Shown here one piece after another: positions 29,371 to 39,637 of a stretch of DNA of 64,000 nt. The notes beneath the pieces were generated by a model, which had not been told where the DNA came from, searched no databases, and saw only the letters and a program-made list of their open reading frames with translations. The position numbers and the translations under genes are program-made. Numbering within the stretch: position 1 is the first letter of the stretch; each line of letters opens with the position of its first letter. Source of the stretch: a bacterium (lineage in GTDB: Bacteria; Patescibacteriota; Minisyncoccia; Phycocordibacterales; UBA918); NCBI GenBank assembly GCA_043719295.1, contig JAYSUD010000012.1, forward strand, positions 26,790-90,789, read 5' to 3'.

Positions 29371-30162
29371 TTTAACCTCATACGTAATACTCACGGTACT
29401 CTTTACGGTGTTTTCTCCAACGGGCATTTCAGGTGATACTGATTTTGCATCTGACATCATTTCTGGTCCCCCATATCCTTGGTTCATCATTGGATACATT
29501 GGGCTTTCGTTTTCCCAATATCCAGTCATTTTAACAATCTCAACACCTAGGTCTTTTGTAAGCTGTTCTGCTTTTAATTTCGCATCAGCAATAGCTTTTG
29601 TTCGTGCTTCTGCTTTGCTTACCTTCTCATCATCTACCGTGAACGCTAAACTACTGATGTTAGTTGCGCCTTTTTCTCCAGAGAGTGAAATTAGGTCGCC
29701 AGCTTTATCTAGATTACGTACTTTCACCGTTACTGTTTGACTTACCTCATACCCATCAATCACTGGATTACTTGGTGGACAGTATGAGAAGTTTACACAA
29801 GGTTTATCTTCATACTTATATTTTGGATTGAGATTGTAATTCTCATTCTTTACATCTTTTTCATCTACACCTGCTTCTTTAAGCGATTTTAGAATGGCAT
29901 TAACCAATTCTGCTGACTTTGTCTGAGCTGTTTTTGCATCAGCTCCTTCTGCCATCACTGAAAACGAAAAAGTTCCAATATCAGGTACTGCCTGAACTTC
30001 ACCTTCGCCGGTAACAGTTATTGAAGTAGCCCCTGTGTATACACCTTCAGTTTGCTTAAGTGTGAAGTATGCATATGATGCAAGTGCAACAATAACACCC
30101 ACAAGTGCAATGGTTAATAATGTCTGAACGTACCCCCTGCTCATAAATGATTGTGAATCCAT
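29368..30162 (-). CDS. SIMPL-domain (DUF541) protein
   Basis: ITVTGEGEVQAVPD, AIADAKLKA..L..LGV, PVGEN.VKSTVSITYE. Confidence 0.9.
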   Translation of the reverse strand: MDSQSFMSRGYVQTLLTIALVGVIVALASYAYFTLKQTEGVYTGATSITVTGEGEVQAVPDIGTFSFSVMAEGADAKTAQTKSAELVNAILKSLKEAGVDEKDVKNENYNLNPKYKYEDKPCVNFSYCPPSNPVIDGYEVSQTVTVKVRNLDKAGDLISLSGEKGATNISSLAFTVDDEKVSKAEARTKAIADAKLKAEQLTKDLGVEIVKMTGYWENESPMYPMMNQGYGGPEMMSDAKSVSPEMPVGENTVKSTVSITYEVK

Positions 30163-30297
30163 ATACTATTTTAAATTAAATAATCCTCTACGTATTGTAC
30201 CGTGACACAAGAAATAACCATACATTGCTGTGTTTATCTTTGCATCAGTATCTTTGACTATAGACGATAGACGGACTCCTTTCTTACTCAATTTCTC

Positions 30298-31035
30298 TTA
30301 TTTTTCTTGAACTTCAAGTTTAAACTGATTAAACCTGGCTTTTGCTAAAGCATACTGATCACTCGAGCAATCGAGATATATTGAGCTTTTTCCATGTAAA
30401 CCCGCAGCAATATTTACTGTGCCAGTGCCTGCAAATGGATCACAAACTACTGCGTCTTGCTTTGCAAAACAACGAACCATACGAGAAGCAAGTTCAATAG
30501 GAAAACCGTGTCCAACATTCCCTAATTGTAATAAGTTAGGGTTATGCTCTATATATGGGATATCCCATGATGCTGGATTAAGATTCCCGATTTCAAATTG
30601 ATTTCTAAAATATTGTGAATTTTTTGTATATTGCCTAAATATTTGATGTTCGTGATGTAAATTATCAAATGAATAAATGTTACGTGTAACTCGCCAATCT
30701 ATCTCTGAGCTAAGAATAAGATTAAGTTCCTGAACGCAAAAAAGAATATGTTCATATTCAAATGTATTAAATCGAGGATAATCTGCTTGTCCAATATTAA
30801 TAATAAAACTTCCATCATCCTTAAGTACTCGAACCATTTCTTTTGTCGCTAGCACCAGATTATCCCAACACTCTTTCCGATCAGAATTTTTTCCTTTTGA
30901 AAATTGAGCTTTTGTATCACCTCCATAATAGGACCCCTCAGTTTTCCAAAACGGTGGATGCGTGATAATAAGGTCAACAGACTTGTCCGGAATTGGAAGA
31001 TTATACGCACTCCCTAAATACATTGCTATAGACAT
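30298..31035 (-). CDS. Orphan beta-class N4C/N6A DNA methyltransferase
   Basis: VDLIITHPPF (motif IV) precedes VCDPFAGTGT (motif I); AT-rich. Confidence 0.8.
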   Translation of the reverse strand: MSIAMYLGSAYNLPIPDKSVDLIITHPPFWKTEGSYYGGDTKAQFSKGKNSDRKECWDNLVLATKEMVRVLKDDGSFIINIGQADYPRFNTFEYEHILFCVQELNLILSSEIDWRVTRNIYSFDNLHHEHQIFRQYTKNSQYFRNQFEIGNLNPASWDIPYIEHNPNLLQLGNVGHGFPIELASRMVRCFAKQDAVVCDPFAGTGTVNIAAGLHGKSSIYLDCSSDQYALAKARFNQFKLEVQEK

Positions 31036-31043
31036 AAAATTAT

Positions 31044-31979
31044 TTATTTTTGTAACGATAACTTGATTTTCTGCCACAATGTGTTGTCTCCACATACGCG
31101 ATTAAACTCTTCTAAATCCTGTACTGACAAAGTAGTATTTTTAGGTTGTTTTCCTATTAAATAGTACATTGATGATTTTTCTCCTTCAACGTGATCAAGC
31201 GAAAGTGCATGTCCAAATTCATGTACCAACACAAGCTTGAGTTGTTCCCTATCTTCAAAGGTATATATTTTTATTGTGCTGTTGCTGTAGTCGCCCTGCG
31301 TGAATTCTCGTGGTTCGCCAAAAGTCTTATTATAAACGCCGACACCCTGGTTATATGTTTTTACAAGGGAGTTCCCTTTTTCACCTATAGCATTGATCTC
31401 TTTTACCAGTACGTTCAGTGTATTAGACAATTCATTAAGCGATTTTTGCTCAGTATCCAATTTTTCCTTTTGTTGAGACAGCGATGCAAAGACCGCCTCA
31501 GGGGCTCCTCCCTGTTTATTATATTTTTCTACTTCTGTGTTATACGCTTGCAGGTTTTTTTCATACCTATTCACCTTTTTTGTATAATTCACTTTTAACG
31601 TATCATATTCTGCAACAAGCGTTTGATACGTATTCCCAACCTCCACACTTAAGTCTTCGGTTGCATCCAGTTTTTCTTTAAGGACTCCTTCAGTAGTCAC
31701 GAGTTTTTGACGATCGTCGTACTCAAAGTTAATTACGAGTTTCCCTTCTTCTTCATAACTAAACAGGTTGCGTCCTGTTGCGTCTTCCCATACTGACTCT
31801 GCTTCTGAAATAACTAATCGTGCTTCATCACGACTCATATCAAATCGCTCATCAATTGACCCAAGCGAATACGCAAGTGGTACAGGGCATACTGCTTGCG
31901 CGACATAGTAAAAATATCCTCCTCCAAAGAGGATAGTTACCATAAGCGACACGAGGAATCCTTTCCGAACAAAAATCAT
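31044..31979 (-). CDS. Matrixin-like (M10) zinc metalloprotease with a coiled-coil insert
   Basis: HEFGHALSLDH and SSMY Met-turn; N-terminal TM. Confidence 0.88.
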   Translation of the reverse strand: MIFVRKGFLVSLMVTILFGGGYFYYVAQAVCPVPLAYSLGSIDERFDMSRDEARLVISEAESVWEDATGRNLFSYEEEGKLVINFEYDDRQKLVTTEGVLKEKLDATEDLSVEVGNTYQTLVAEYDTLKVNYTKKVNRYEKNLQAYNTEVEKYNKQGGAPEAVFASLSQQKEKLDTEQKSLNELSNTLNVLVKEINAIGEKGNSLVKTYNQGVGVYNKTFGEPREFTQGDYSNSTIKIYTFEDREQLKLVLVHEFGHALSLDHVEGEKSSMYYLIGKQPKNTTLSVQDLEEFNRVCGDNTLWQKIKLSLQK

Positions 31980-32084
31980 AAGTACCAGTATACCAAATTT
32001 CGTAAAAACCTATTGTTGCAATCAACTTACCCCTATTGTGTAATGCAAAATCATGCACTAAGTTACATAACAATGACTGCAAGT

Positions 32085-33350
32085 CTAGAGCGTTTGATTA
32101 TCAATATCAACCAATGTCTGTAAATAGGTGTTCACGCAGTGTTGCGTGAAATCAATACGCTGTGTGGGAACTTTTTCTGAAGTTAAAAAACCACCACCGC
32201 TTTTTTCTGAACTCCGTATAGTTTTAAAAAGAAGCTTTCCCTCTTCATTCACCACACGGAGTTTTTCTGTTAACCCAATTTGCAATCCAATGTTTTTAGT
32301 ATTCCAGAAATCAATTTCGGTTCGAAGTTTCTTTGCTTCAGCTACTGTCATGTTTCCTTTGAGCAAAGAATACGCACTTGCAAGCCCTTCGTTTGCTGCA
32401 CAGTAATTATGCGAAGCCATGTGTGCTGACTGCATCATATTCATCCGCCACAACGTAAATGCTTTTCCATATGTAGTGTATGCATCAGAAGGCCATAGTA
32501 CGTGCATATCTTTTAATGAAGCCATCATCCACAAGTACAAGTTTGCATCATACGGTTGTACTTTCAGATACATAAAAGTTTCATCAATCACTTTTTTAAC
32601 ATCTCCATTTTGTTTATAGTCATAATACCGAACGAGTGCAAGTAGTGCTTCCCCATTTGAAAACGACGATTCTGTCTCGCCACGAAAGCCTTCGCCAATT
32701 TCGTATTGATCACGAAAGCCAGTTTTTTCTTTTTTCGCTTTTAAAATAAAGGCGACATATCCTTCAATGAGGTCTTCGTAGTCTTTTGCTTTCTTAGGAT
32801 TAGCTTCGACGTACCCTAAGATACCCACCAAAGCAAGTGATGTTGCCCCAAGCTTACAGAGCTTGCTTCTTTCACTTTTTTGTATACATCGAATATTCTC
32901 ACCTTCAAATTCGTGTTCTGTCGAGAGACTCTCAAAATACCTAATTGATTTTTCAATAGCTCCATTTGTGTCTTTGTTCTCTGTCTTACTTTTCCGTGCA
33001 ACTTCCCCAAGTGCATACAGAGCTCCTGCTTGCCTCACTATATTGTCATCATTTTTATATACGTCTTCATACGGCACATACTCATACGCAAAGTGTCCAT
33101 TTTCTTCCTGCGATTTTACAAGCCAAAAAATTCCATCTGTTATAGATGTTCTCACAGTTTCAGATGGGACTGCTTTTTGTACTGAAGGATTCCACACTGT
33201 TGTAATACGAGTAACGTATGAGTTTAATGCATTAAATTGCAGAGTGAGTTTTTCTATTTGTTCTTTTTCTGACACCGCAAAGGTTGTATCAATATGCAGT
33301 GAAAAGAAAACTATTGTTGTAAGTAAAAATAATGTAATTGTTTTATGCAT
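32085..33350 (-). CDS. Secreted alpha/alpha-toroid protein of unknown function
   Basis: Signal peptide; NIVRQAGALYAL, KLGATSLAL, GEALLAL and RIDFTQH helical repeats. Confidence 0.65.
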   Translation of the reverse strand: MHKTITLFLLTTIVFFSLHIDTTFAVSEKEQIEKLTLQFNALNSYVTRITTVWNPSVQKAVPSETVRTSITDGIFWLVKSQEENGHFAYEYVPYEDVYKNDDNIVRQAGALYALGEVARKSKTENKDTNGAIEKSIRYFESLSTEHEFEGENIRCIQKSERSKLCKLGATSLALVGILGYVEANPKKAKDYEDLIEGYVAFILKAKKEKTGFRDQYEIGEGFRGETESSFSNGEALLALVRYYDYKQNGDVKKVIDETFMYLKVQPYDANLYLWMMASLKDMHVLWPSDAYTTYGKAFTLWRMNMMQSAHMASHNYCAANEGLASAYSLLKGNMTVAEAKKLRTEIDFWNTKNIGLQIGLTEKLRVVNEEGKLLFKTIRSSEKSGGGFLTSEKVPTQRIDFTQHCVNTYLQTLVDIDNQTL

Positions 33351-33870
33351 GATGTATTTTATTATATCCAAATGTACTAAGCTCGACTTCAATGTCCTTG
33401 TATGCTTTACCGCAAAGCACTCCTCCAGCAACAAACGTTTCTTGAGTAACATCGGCTCCGAACCATACTGGCGGAACAAATGTACTTTTTTCTTTGTGAG
33501 ACTTAAATTCAACATCCACTAATACAAGCCCATTAAGCTCACCTTGAAATACATCAATTTCATACATGATGCCGTTCTCAATATAATAGTGGCGAATCTT
33601 CTGCACTTTCTTTCCCTCTACTTTTACAAGCGCATCAAATTCTTCTTGCAAGAGAGGTATGGTGTATTCAATTTGATGTGAAGAATCCGGACCCGAAGCT
33701 AATACTTTTTTTGTCATTTCAAGCACGTCCCCTCTTTTGCGAAGTCGTAATAGTGCATGCTCTGACGATTCAGGGATATACACATCTAAAATCTCTCTTG
33801 TTTCGTGTGATCTTCCAAAGTCCTCTGGCAAATTTTTTACCAAATACGTCAATTCAAATTCATCTTGCAT
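33343..33870 (-). CDS. CYTH-domain protein
   Basis: EFELTYL, LRLRK, KIRH, EIDVF.G...GLVLVDVEF. Confidence 0.85.
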   Translation of the reverse strand: MQDEFELTYLVKNLPEDFGRSHETREILDVYIPESSEHALLRLRKRGDVLEMTKKVLASGPDSSHQIEYTIPLLQEEFDALVKVEGKKVQKIRHYYIENGIMYEIDVFQGELNGLVLVDVEFKSHKEKSTFVPPVWFGADVTQETFVAGGVLCGKAYKDIEVELSTFGYNKIHHA

Positions 33871-33895
33871 AGGAACACAGTATAACAAACTTAGA

Positions 33896-35719
33896 TTAAG
33901 ATTTTTTACTCTTCTTTTCCATTTTTTTAAGCCACTTGCCGTATTGTTCTGCCATAGCTTCAAAGCTTATTTCGTTGGTTGCGATTACTTTTTTGCCATG
34001 AACCATTTTAATATTGCCATTAAGTGCTACTGGTTTTGTATATTCTTTTACATGCTTCAAACACTCAATTTTCACTTGTGCTTCTTTAATAACTTTTTGT
34101 ACAGGCATCAAGATATCATCTAAGAAGGCTTTAGTTCCGAGCTTCTTCCCTGTTGCAATTAGTACAAACTCTTGAAAAGACTTAAGTGCCCCAAGTTTCC
34201 ATACTTTCGCCATTTCCCTTCCCACGTTTGGATTATCAACAATGTATCCATATTTTTTATAAAAATATTCACGCCATTGTGCAAGGGCCAGCTTTTCCAA
34301 ACCATAGTTATGGTACGATGCCGAACTTTCCCATGAATAAATGTGTGGCACGTTTAGTGCAGTAAATGAGTCCCCTGATAGGTCATAATATTTTTTATAG
34401 TTTGCTTTTGCGATTGCGCAAATCTGTTTTGCTGTTGGAATTTTTAACTCGTATACTTCTTTTTCAAAGTTTGAAACAAACATGATTGAGTTCATGTACT
34501 CAGGCTTTAATAGATGGAGCTTTTTTTCTTTGCGTGTAAACAGTACAAATGGATATGCGGTGCCTTCACTATTTTTTGCATAACGCGTCTTCCACTCAAT
34601 ACTTGAAAACATCGTGTCTAAAAACATGCTTTGTGTTTCAGACCACGCACCCGACTGCGGTGCGTATTCATGGTTCAAGCAAACCTCTGTTTGCTCTATG
34701 TTTAAGAAATGTGCAGCATGCCCTCCTTCATGAAAGAGTGTTTTATACCCAATACTTCCCGCACCTACCTGCCCTGCTACAAGTGTACAGGTGAAATTTG
34801 AGCTCCCCGCGTTTCTTTTTTGCCCATCATAATTAACTAAAACCGGCCAATGACAAAATCCGTTATTGTACTTTCTTTTTCGATCAAGGAGATCAAGCTG
34901 CAACGTACCTTTTTTAAAAGTAATACCAAGTGCACTGAAAGAACGGCCCCATCGCTGCAATGCATCTTCAAATTGAAAATACTGATCCTCTTCTTTAGTA
35001 AAGTCTCCCGTCATAAAGTATCCAAAGTTCCACGGTTTACGCAAAGCTGGCAGAGAATTCTCAAGCTCACGTAATGCAACAAACGTCTTTTTAGTTTTTA
35101 GTGAAATTGAGTCAAACAGTGAGAAGAGCTGCTTCTTTGTCATCTTGTCCTCTTTTTGTAGTTTATAGTCGTAAAAATCAGAAAAACCCTGCACTCGCGC
35201 AAACTCATTTCGTAACTTCACTAGTTCTACATATTGGTCAATACAATCTACTGCAATCTTTTCTCGAGCTTCAAAGCAAGCTTTACGAACTTTTTCATCA
35301 GCATGGGTTTGCATCATTGTTCGCATGCGAAGTGACGACGCTTCGGTAAACAGTTTTGTATACGGGTCAACATATCCTTCAATTCGTATCGCACGCTTCT
35401 TCACCACCTCTGATTCAAGTGCATCACACTTATTTTTAATGACTCTTGCTTCTTCTGGCATCAAGTACAGGTCAAAGAAATCAATCCAAATTTTAAGCTT
35501 GTTTTTAGATTGTGCATCAGCTGTTATTAGTAACTCTTTTGCCTGTTTTTGTAATGCTACGTTACTACGAAATGCGTCTCGCGCCTCAAGTGCTTTGTCT
35601 TTCTTTACATCAACTTTCTGATCACCCATATATGACTGCCAAAACAACTCCTCATAATTTGTATGGAGTGCAAGATATTCAGAATTTAGTTTTTTAAGGA
35701 AGACTTTTGCTTTTGTCAT
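33896..35719 (-). CDS. M3-family metallopeptidase
   Basis: DLLDRKRKYNNGFC, TLFHEGGHAAHF, SETQSMF. Confidence 0.85.
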   Translation of the reverse strand: MTKAKVFLKKLNSEYLALHTNYEELFWQSYMGDQKVDVKKDKALEARDAFRSNVALQKQAKELLITADAQSKNKLKIWIDFFDLYLMPEEARVIKNKCDALESEVVKKRAIRIEGYVDPYTKLFTEASSLRMRTMMQTHADEKVRKACFEAREKIAVDCIDQYVELVKLRNEFARVQGFSDFYDYKLQKEDKMTKKQLFSLFDSISLKTKKTFVALRELENSLPALRKPWNFGYFMTGDFTKEEDQYFQFEDALQRWGRSFSALGITFKKGTLQLDLLDRKRKYNNGFCHWPVLVNYDGQKRNAGSSNFTCTLVAGQVGAGSIGYKTLFHEGGHAAHFLNIEQTEVCLNHEYAPQSGAWSETQSMFLDTMFSSIEWKTRYAKNSEGTAYPFVLFTRKEKKLHLLKPEYMNSIMFVSNFEKEVYELKIPTAKQICAIAKANYKKYYDLSGDSFTALNVPHIYSWESSASYHNYGLEKLALAQWREYFYKKYGYIVDNPNVGREMAKVWKLGALKSFQEFVLIATGKKLGTKAFLDDILMPVQKVIKEAQVKIECLKHVKEYTKPVALNGNIKMVHGKKVIATNEISFEAMAEQYGKWLKKMEKKSKKS

Positions 35720-35908
35720 AGTGTTCTATAAGATTATTTCGATTATGCACATTTTCGCTCCTCCTATTTATTTGAGAGTATATCATTCCTGATGACGTAA
35801 TAATTCCTGAAATGCATATACACCGTAGATATTTCCATCTTTTTTAAAAAGGAGTATTATGCAAATAAGTACTTTAGATAGCAACTACCAACAACAGGGA
35901 GAACTACC

Positions 35909-36301
35909 ATGTGGACGAGGTTGATTCTGATTTTTACTTTGTTCTCTATGATCTTTGATTCGCTGGCGGCCGCTGAGGTTCGAATCCTCCCGGCCCCATT
36001 TAAGATGACTCTTGGTGATAACGGTCCGGAAAAATTTATATTTTTCTGTGCAAGTGAACAATCGATTATACAGCTTTTCCGGACGCGACCTAAAAGCCTC
36101 AAAGAGGCACATCGCAAGACAGGTTGCGGCGGATTCTTCGTCCCTATTGAGGTTCTGGTTATCCCTGTGCGGTGGACGTCATTTTCATTGCACCTTGATT
36201 ATGTTGCAAAGATCCGCGACAACTACGAACAAGAAGCCTTCGTTATCATGAAAATCAGTCCTCAATTCGCGGGATTTTCGCTTGGTAAAAAGGTGCCCTA
36301 A
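35909..36301 (+). CDS. Hypothetical exported protein
   Basis: AGGGAG SD and a signal-peptide-like N-terminus. Confidence 0.55.
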   Translation: MWTRLILIFTLFSMIFDSLAAAEVRILPAPFKMTLGDNGPEKFIFFCASEQSIIQLFRTRPKSLKEAHRKTGCGGFFVPIEVLVIPVRWTSFSLHLDYVAKIRDNYEQEAFVIMKISPQFAGFSLGKKVP

Positions 36302-36497
36302 TACAATACGCCACCAAATATAAGACGGGAAGCTGCTTTTGCACCACTCCATCTTTCTCTGGTGGCTTTTCGTTTGTCTACCTACGCGAAAAGTCTCCAA
36401 CAGATTTTGGTAAGTCACTTGAGGGTTTGAACGCATTCCGAACAAATAACTCTTTACGCTCCACTGCCCCCCTCTCTCAACACATACTAGCCTTGTC

Positions 36498-37181
36498 TTA
36501 CGAACCCGTAAGTTTAATACCGAGTTCTGGTATACAGACAGATTCTGGAGTTTCAATGATAAATTGGAGTGCACGAACCGCCTCTTCAAGCTCAATATAC
36601 TTACTCATATCTTTTGTTACACCAACTTTTGTAAAAAAATTGGTCTTCATAGCACCTGGATAAAATCCACACACTGAGACATTAAACGGAGCAACTTCTA
36701 AACGAAGAGAATCTGTAAAACCAGTAACGGCCCATTTTGATGCATAATACACAATACGTTCTGCCTTTGCATATAGACCTGCTTGTGAAATCACATTAAT
36801 GATTCTTCCTGATTTTCTTTCTCTCATATACGGCAACGTTGCTTTGGTTAAGAAAATTGTTCCTTTGGTATTTACATCAAGTGCTTTTGCAATATCTTCT
36901 GGAGCGTTTGATTCAAGCGTTCCCTCAATCCAAAAGCCGGCATTGTTCACAAGACAATCAATCTGACCGTATTTTGAGATAACTTCTTGTACAGCAGTGT
37001 CTACTTCACTGTAATTTGACACATCAGCACACACAAAATAACACCCAATTTCTTCTGCAGCTTTCTCTACTTTCTCTTTGTTGTGTGCAAGGATAACTAC
37101 TGTATGGGTTTGAACCAACTGCATCGCAAGGGCCTTTCCAAGTCCATCACTTCCCCCCGAAATCAAAATCACTTTTTTCAT
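36498..37181 (-). CDS. SDR-family oxidoreductase
   Basis: ISGGSDGLG, NNAG, YYASK. Confidence 0.93.
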   Translation of the reverse strand: MKKVILISGGSDGLGKALAMQLVQTHTVVILAHNKEKVEKAAEEIGCYFVCADVSNYSEVDTAVQEVISKYGQIDCLVNNAGFWIEGTLESNAPEDIAKALDVNTKGTIFLTKATLPYMRERKSGRIINVISQAGLYAKAERIVYYASKWAVTGFTDSLRLEVAPFNVSVCGFYPGAMKTNFFTKVGVTKDMSKYIELEEAVRALQFIIETPESVCIPELGIKLTGS

Positions 37182-37207
37182 GGTTTTATGAACAACTATT
37201 ATAGGAA

Positions 37208-37639
37208 TTAGAAACTATTAATTTCTTTAGTAATTCGAGTATTTGTGACATAAGTTGCTTCAAAATCATCAAATTCATGATGCACAATGTATGCAGTAAT
37301 AATGAAGTCATCAAAAAATTTTAATTCAACTTTCTCCCCAATTGCAGGATTATTTTTTTGAATCGTCCGAGCTAAATGTTGGATAAAAGGTTCCGATGTC
37401 CTATATGTAATGATTTGGGATATGAAATCAAAACCTTCAGCAAATTCACGCTTGAGCTCATCAATGATGAGCACCAAATCTTCTTCAGACTTGCCGGACT
37501 CAACCCAATCACCTGAAATCAACAAATCCCAGCTATTTTCGGCGTCATGTCGCTCAATCAAACCCATGAACAACAAAGAATCTTTTTTCTTTAAAAGATT
37601 CTTTGCTATGTTTTTTAATTTAGAAATATTTTCGTTCAT
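37208..37639 (-). CDS. Hypothetical partner of the HEPN protein (possible minimal nucleotidyltransferase-like antitoxin)
   Basis: Starts 1 nt after the HEPN stop; SWDLLISGDW; AT-rich. Confidence 0.6.
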   Translation of the reverse strand: MNENISKLKNIAKNLLKKKDSLLFMGLIERHDAENSWDLLISGDWVESGKSEEDLVLIIDELKREFAEGFDFISQIITYRTSEPFIQHLARTIQKNNPAIGEKVELKFFDDFIITAYIVHHEFDDFEATYVTNTRITKEINSF

Positions 37640-37640
37640 A

Positions 37641-38057
37641 TTATTTTTTGATTAACCAGTTGCAAATATCCCTAGTTTTATCGATTGCTTCTAAAGCTTC
37701 TGCTTCCACCGAAGATGTACCTAATTCTCTATAGCGCCAACCTGTCTTCCATTTTTTGACAATACTCCACTTAGCTTCTAAGACGGAATTTTCACGTATT
37801 TCTTTCCCGAGACCGCTTAATTTTAATAGAACGTCCAAATCGTGAGTCTTAAATGAGCTATAGTTATTAAGGTCTTTATCTCCAGGAGAGGGATACTTTG
37901 GCCAATTTGAAATTTTTATAATATGTCTTTTCAACATCAGTTCAACAGCATAACCTGAAAGGTATATAGCACCTTCAAACTTGCCATTTTGTTGTAATAC
38001 TTTAGCTTCCTCAAACCTAGACTTAGCTAAGTCTACTAAACTTTGTGCATCAAGCAT
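37641..38057 (-). CDS. HEPN-domain protein
   Basis: RFEEAKVL..GAIYLSGYAVELMLK..THDL..W...RY. Confidence 0.8.
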   Translation of the reverse strand: MLDAQSLVDLAKSRFEEAKVLQQNGKFEGAIYLSGYAVELMLKRHIIKISNWPKYPSPGDKDLNNYSSFKTHDLDVLLKLSGLGKEIRENSVLEAKWSIVKKWKTGWRYRELGTSSVEAEALEAIDKTRDICNWLIKK

Positions 38058-38150
38058 CTTATACTCAGAATACCACTAATTTTAGACAAAACAAATTCTG
38101 AAAAATCATTTTATCTAGTTTATATAAGTCTTTTTTCTCTCAAAATTGAG

Positions 38151-38264
38151 ATGAATGCGCGAAGCACAAGAAAAAAGACCCGAGCGCTACTTGATGTAGC
38201 GTGAAGGGTCTTTTTCACTTCAAAGGGTGAAGTTATTTAAACGTTCGAGAGTTTGCTGTGTCGA
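38151..38264 (+). repeat. Family A copy A4 (partial, interrupted)
   Basis: GCGCGAAGCACAAG..CGAGC-GCTAC/GTAGC-GTGAAG; broken by a segment resembling 29207-29241. Confidence 0.65.
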
Positions 38265-38271
38265 TATAAAC

Positions 38272-38422
38272 TGAGTTAACAGAGCGTTCGGGACGTCCAG
38301 CAGTTTTTGTTGAACATAATGTTGCACACGGCTAGCGCCGAGGTGCAACATTATGTTCTTGGTCAGCAGCAGAAACTGGGAACGAAATTCGCCATTGTCG
38401 CTACGCTCTGTGGCTCATTTCA
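38272..38422 (+). repeat. Family C structured repeat (copy C2)
   Basis: TGAGTTAACAGAGCG..CGCTCTGTGGCTCA closing stem; same loop motifs as C1. Confidence 0.85.
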
Positions 38423-39427
38423 CCACTCAAGTGACCCTCCAGTCTTATACTCCGTCACTTTTGTTTCGAAGAAGTTTTTTTCTTTTGGCATATCGATTAC
38501 TTCGGCCATCCATGGGAATGGGGATGCGGTGTTGTATTGCAATGGCAATCCAAGTCGTTCAAAACGACGATCTGCGATGTACTCAATGTACTCTTTTACA
38601 CTCTTTGGATTAAGACCTAAGATTCCCTTTGGCATTGCGTCATCAACGTATGTTTGTTCAAGTACCACAGCCTGCATAATCTTGGCAGTAATGTCAGCTT
38701 TGAATTCTTCAGACCAAATTTCAGGATTCTCTGCTTTGATTGTATTAATGAGGTCAATTCCAAACGCCAAGTGAATGGATTCATCTCGCAAGATGTACTG
38801 GAACTGGTCTGAGATACCTGGCATTTTGTTTTGACGCTTAAGTGACAGCATCATTGCAAAACCAGCATAGAAGAAGATTCCTTCCATGATGACATAGAAT
38901 CCAATGAGATCGTGGACAAACTTCTGAATATTTTCTGCAGAGTCAGTCTTGAAATTTGGATCAAATACTGACTTCGTGAAATCAACTACAAAATCGTCTT
39001 TTGCTTTAATTGATGGAATAGTCTCATACATGTTGTATATCTCATCTGGGTCAAGACCAAGTGAATCACAACAATAAATGAACGTATCTGTATGGATTGC
39101 TTCTTCGTATGCTTGTCGCAATAAAAACTGTCGTGATTCTGGGTTGGTTACATGACTGTATACTGCAAGCACTAAGTTGTTTGCCGTGAGTGATTCTGCA
39201 GTTGAGAAGAATCCCAAGTTCCACAAAATCATTCGTCGTTCGTCTTCTGAGAGTCCATCAGGACCTTGTTTCTTCCAGAGTTCGATATCAAGTTGCATTG
39301 AAATCTCATCGGGAGTCCAGTTGTTTGCAACTCCTGCTTTATAGTGTTCACGTGCCCACTTGTACTTCATGGGAAGTATTTTGTTCGGGTCGGTTGATGA
39401 ATTATTGATGATTCCTTTTTTTTCCAT
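38420..39427 (-). CDS. nrdB: Ribonucleotide reductase beta subunit, class Ic-type
   Basis: FFSTAESL, EEAIHTDTF, EGIFFY, RDESIH, EKNFFE. Confidence 0.93.
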   Translation of the reverse strand: MEKKGIINNSSTDPNKILPMKYKWAREHYKAGVANNWTPDEISMQLDIELWKKQGPDGLSEDERRMILWNLGFFSTAESLTANNLVLAVYSHVTNPESRQFLLRQAYEEAIHTDTFIYCCDSLGLDPDEIYNMYETIPSIKAKDDFVVDFTKSVFDPNFKTDSAENIQKFVHDLIGFYVIMEGIFFYAGFAMMLSLKRQNKMPGISDQFQYILRDESIHLAFGIDLINTIKAENPEIWSEEFKADITAKIMQAVVLEQTYVDDAMPKGILGLNPKSVKEYIEYIADRRFERLGLPLQYNTASPFPWMAEVIDMPKEKNFFETKVTEYKTGGSLEW

Positions 39428-39490
39428 GGTAATACTTTAATTTAGTGATTTTGCTAATTATACGTTGAATAGTTTTATAATCCAGTGGTC

Positions 39491-39637
39491 AAAAAACACA
39501 CGCGCGAGATATCACAAGCGTGTATGTTAATTGAATTGTCACTGCTGCATAGGCACCGCACAAAGCGGGTAAGGGGCGTCGTGCGGGGACTGCATATCGC
39601 GTTACACAATCCCGGCACGGCGCCTCTTCTCTATGAC
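39491..39637 (-). ncRNA. Candidate structured RNA or leader between nrdA and nrdB
   Basis: TATACT at 39642-39647; GC-rich multistem; terminator ACACGC..GCGTGT-GTTTTTT. Confidence 0.45.

Noticed and set aside
35940-36000. Complete tRNA gene
   Set aside because: Only the T-arm and 3' acceptor strand are present; no 5' acceptor strand or D-arm.
38307-38774. ORFs spanning repeat elements (also 27339-27596, 57291-57558, 59307-59501, 62293-62673, 39485-39742)
   Set aside because: They overlap structured non-coding elements or nrdB antisense and lack protein-like features.
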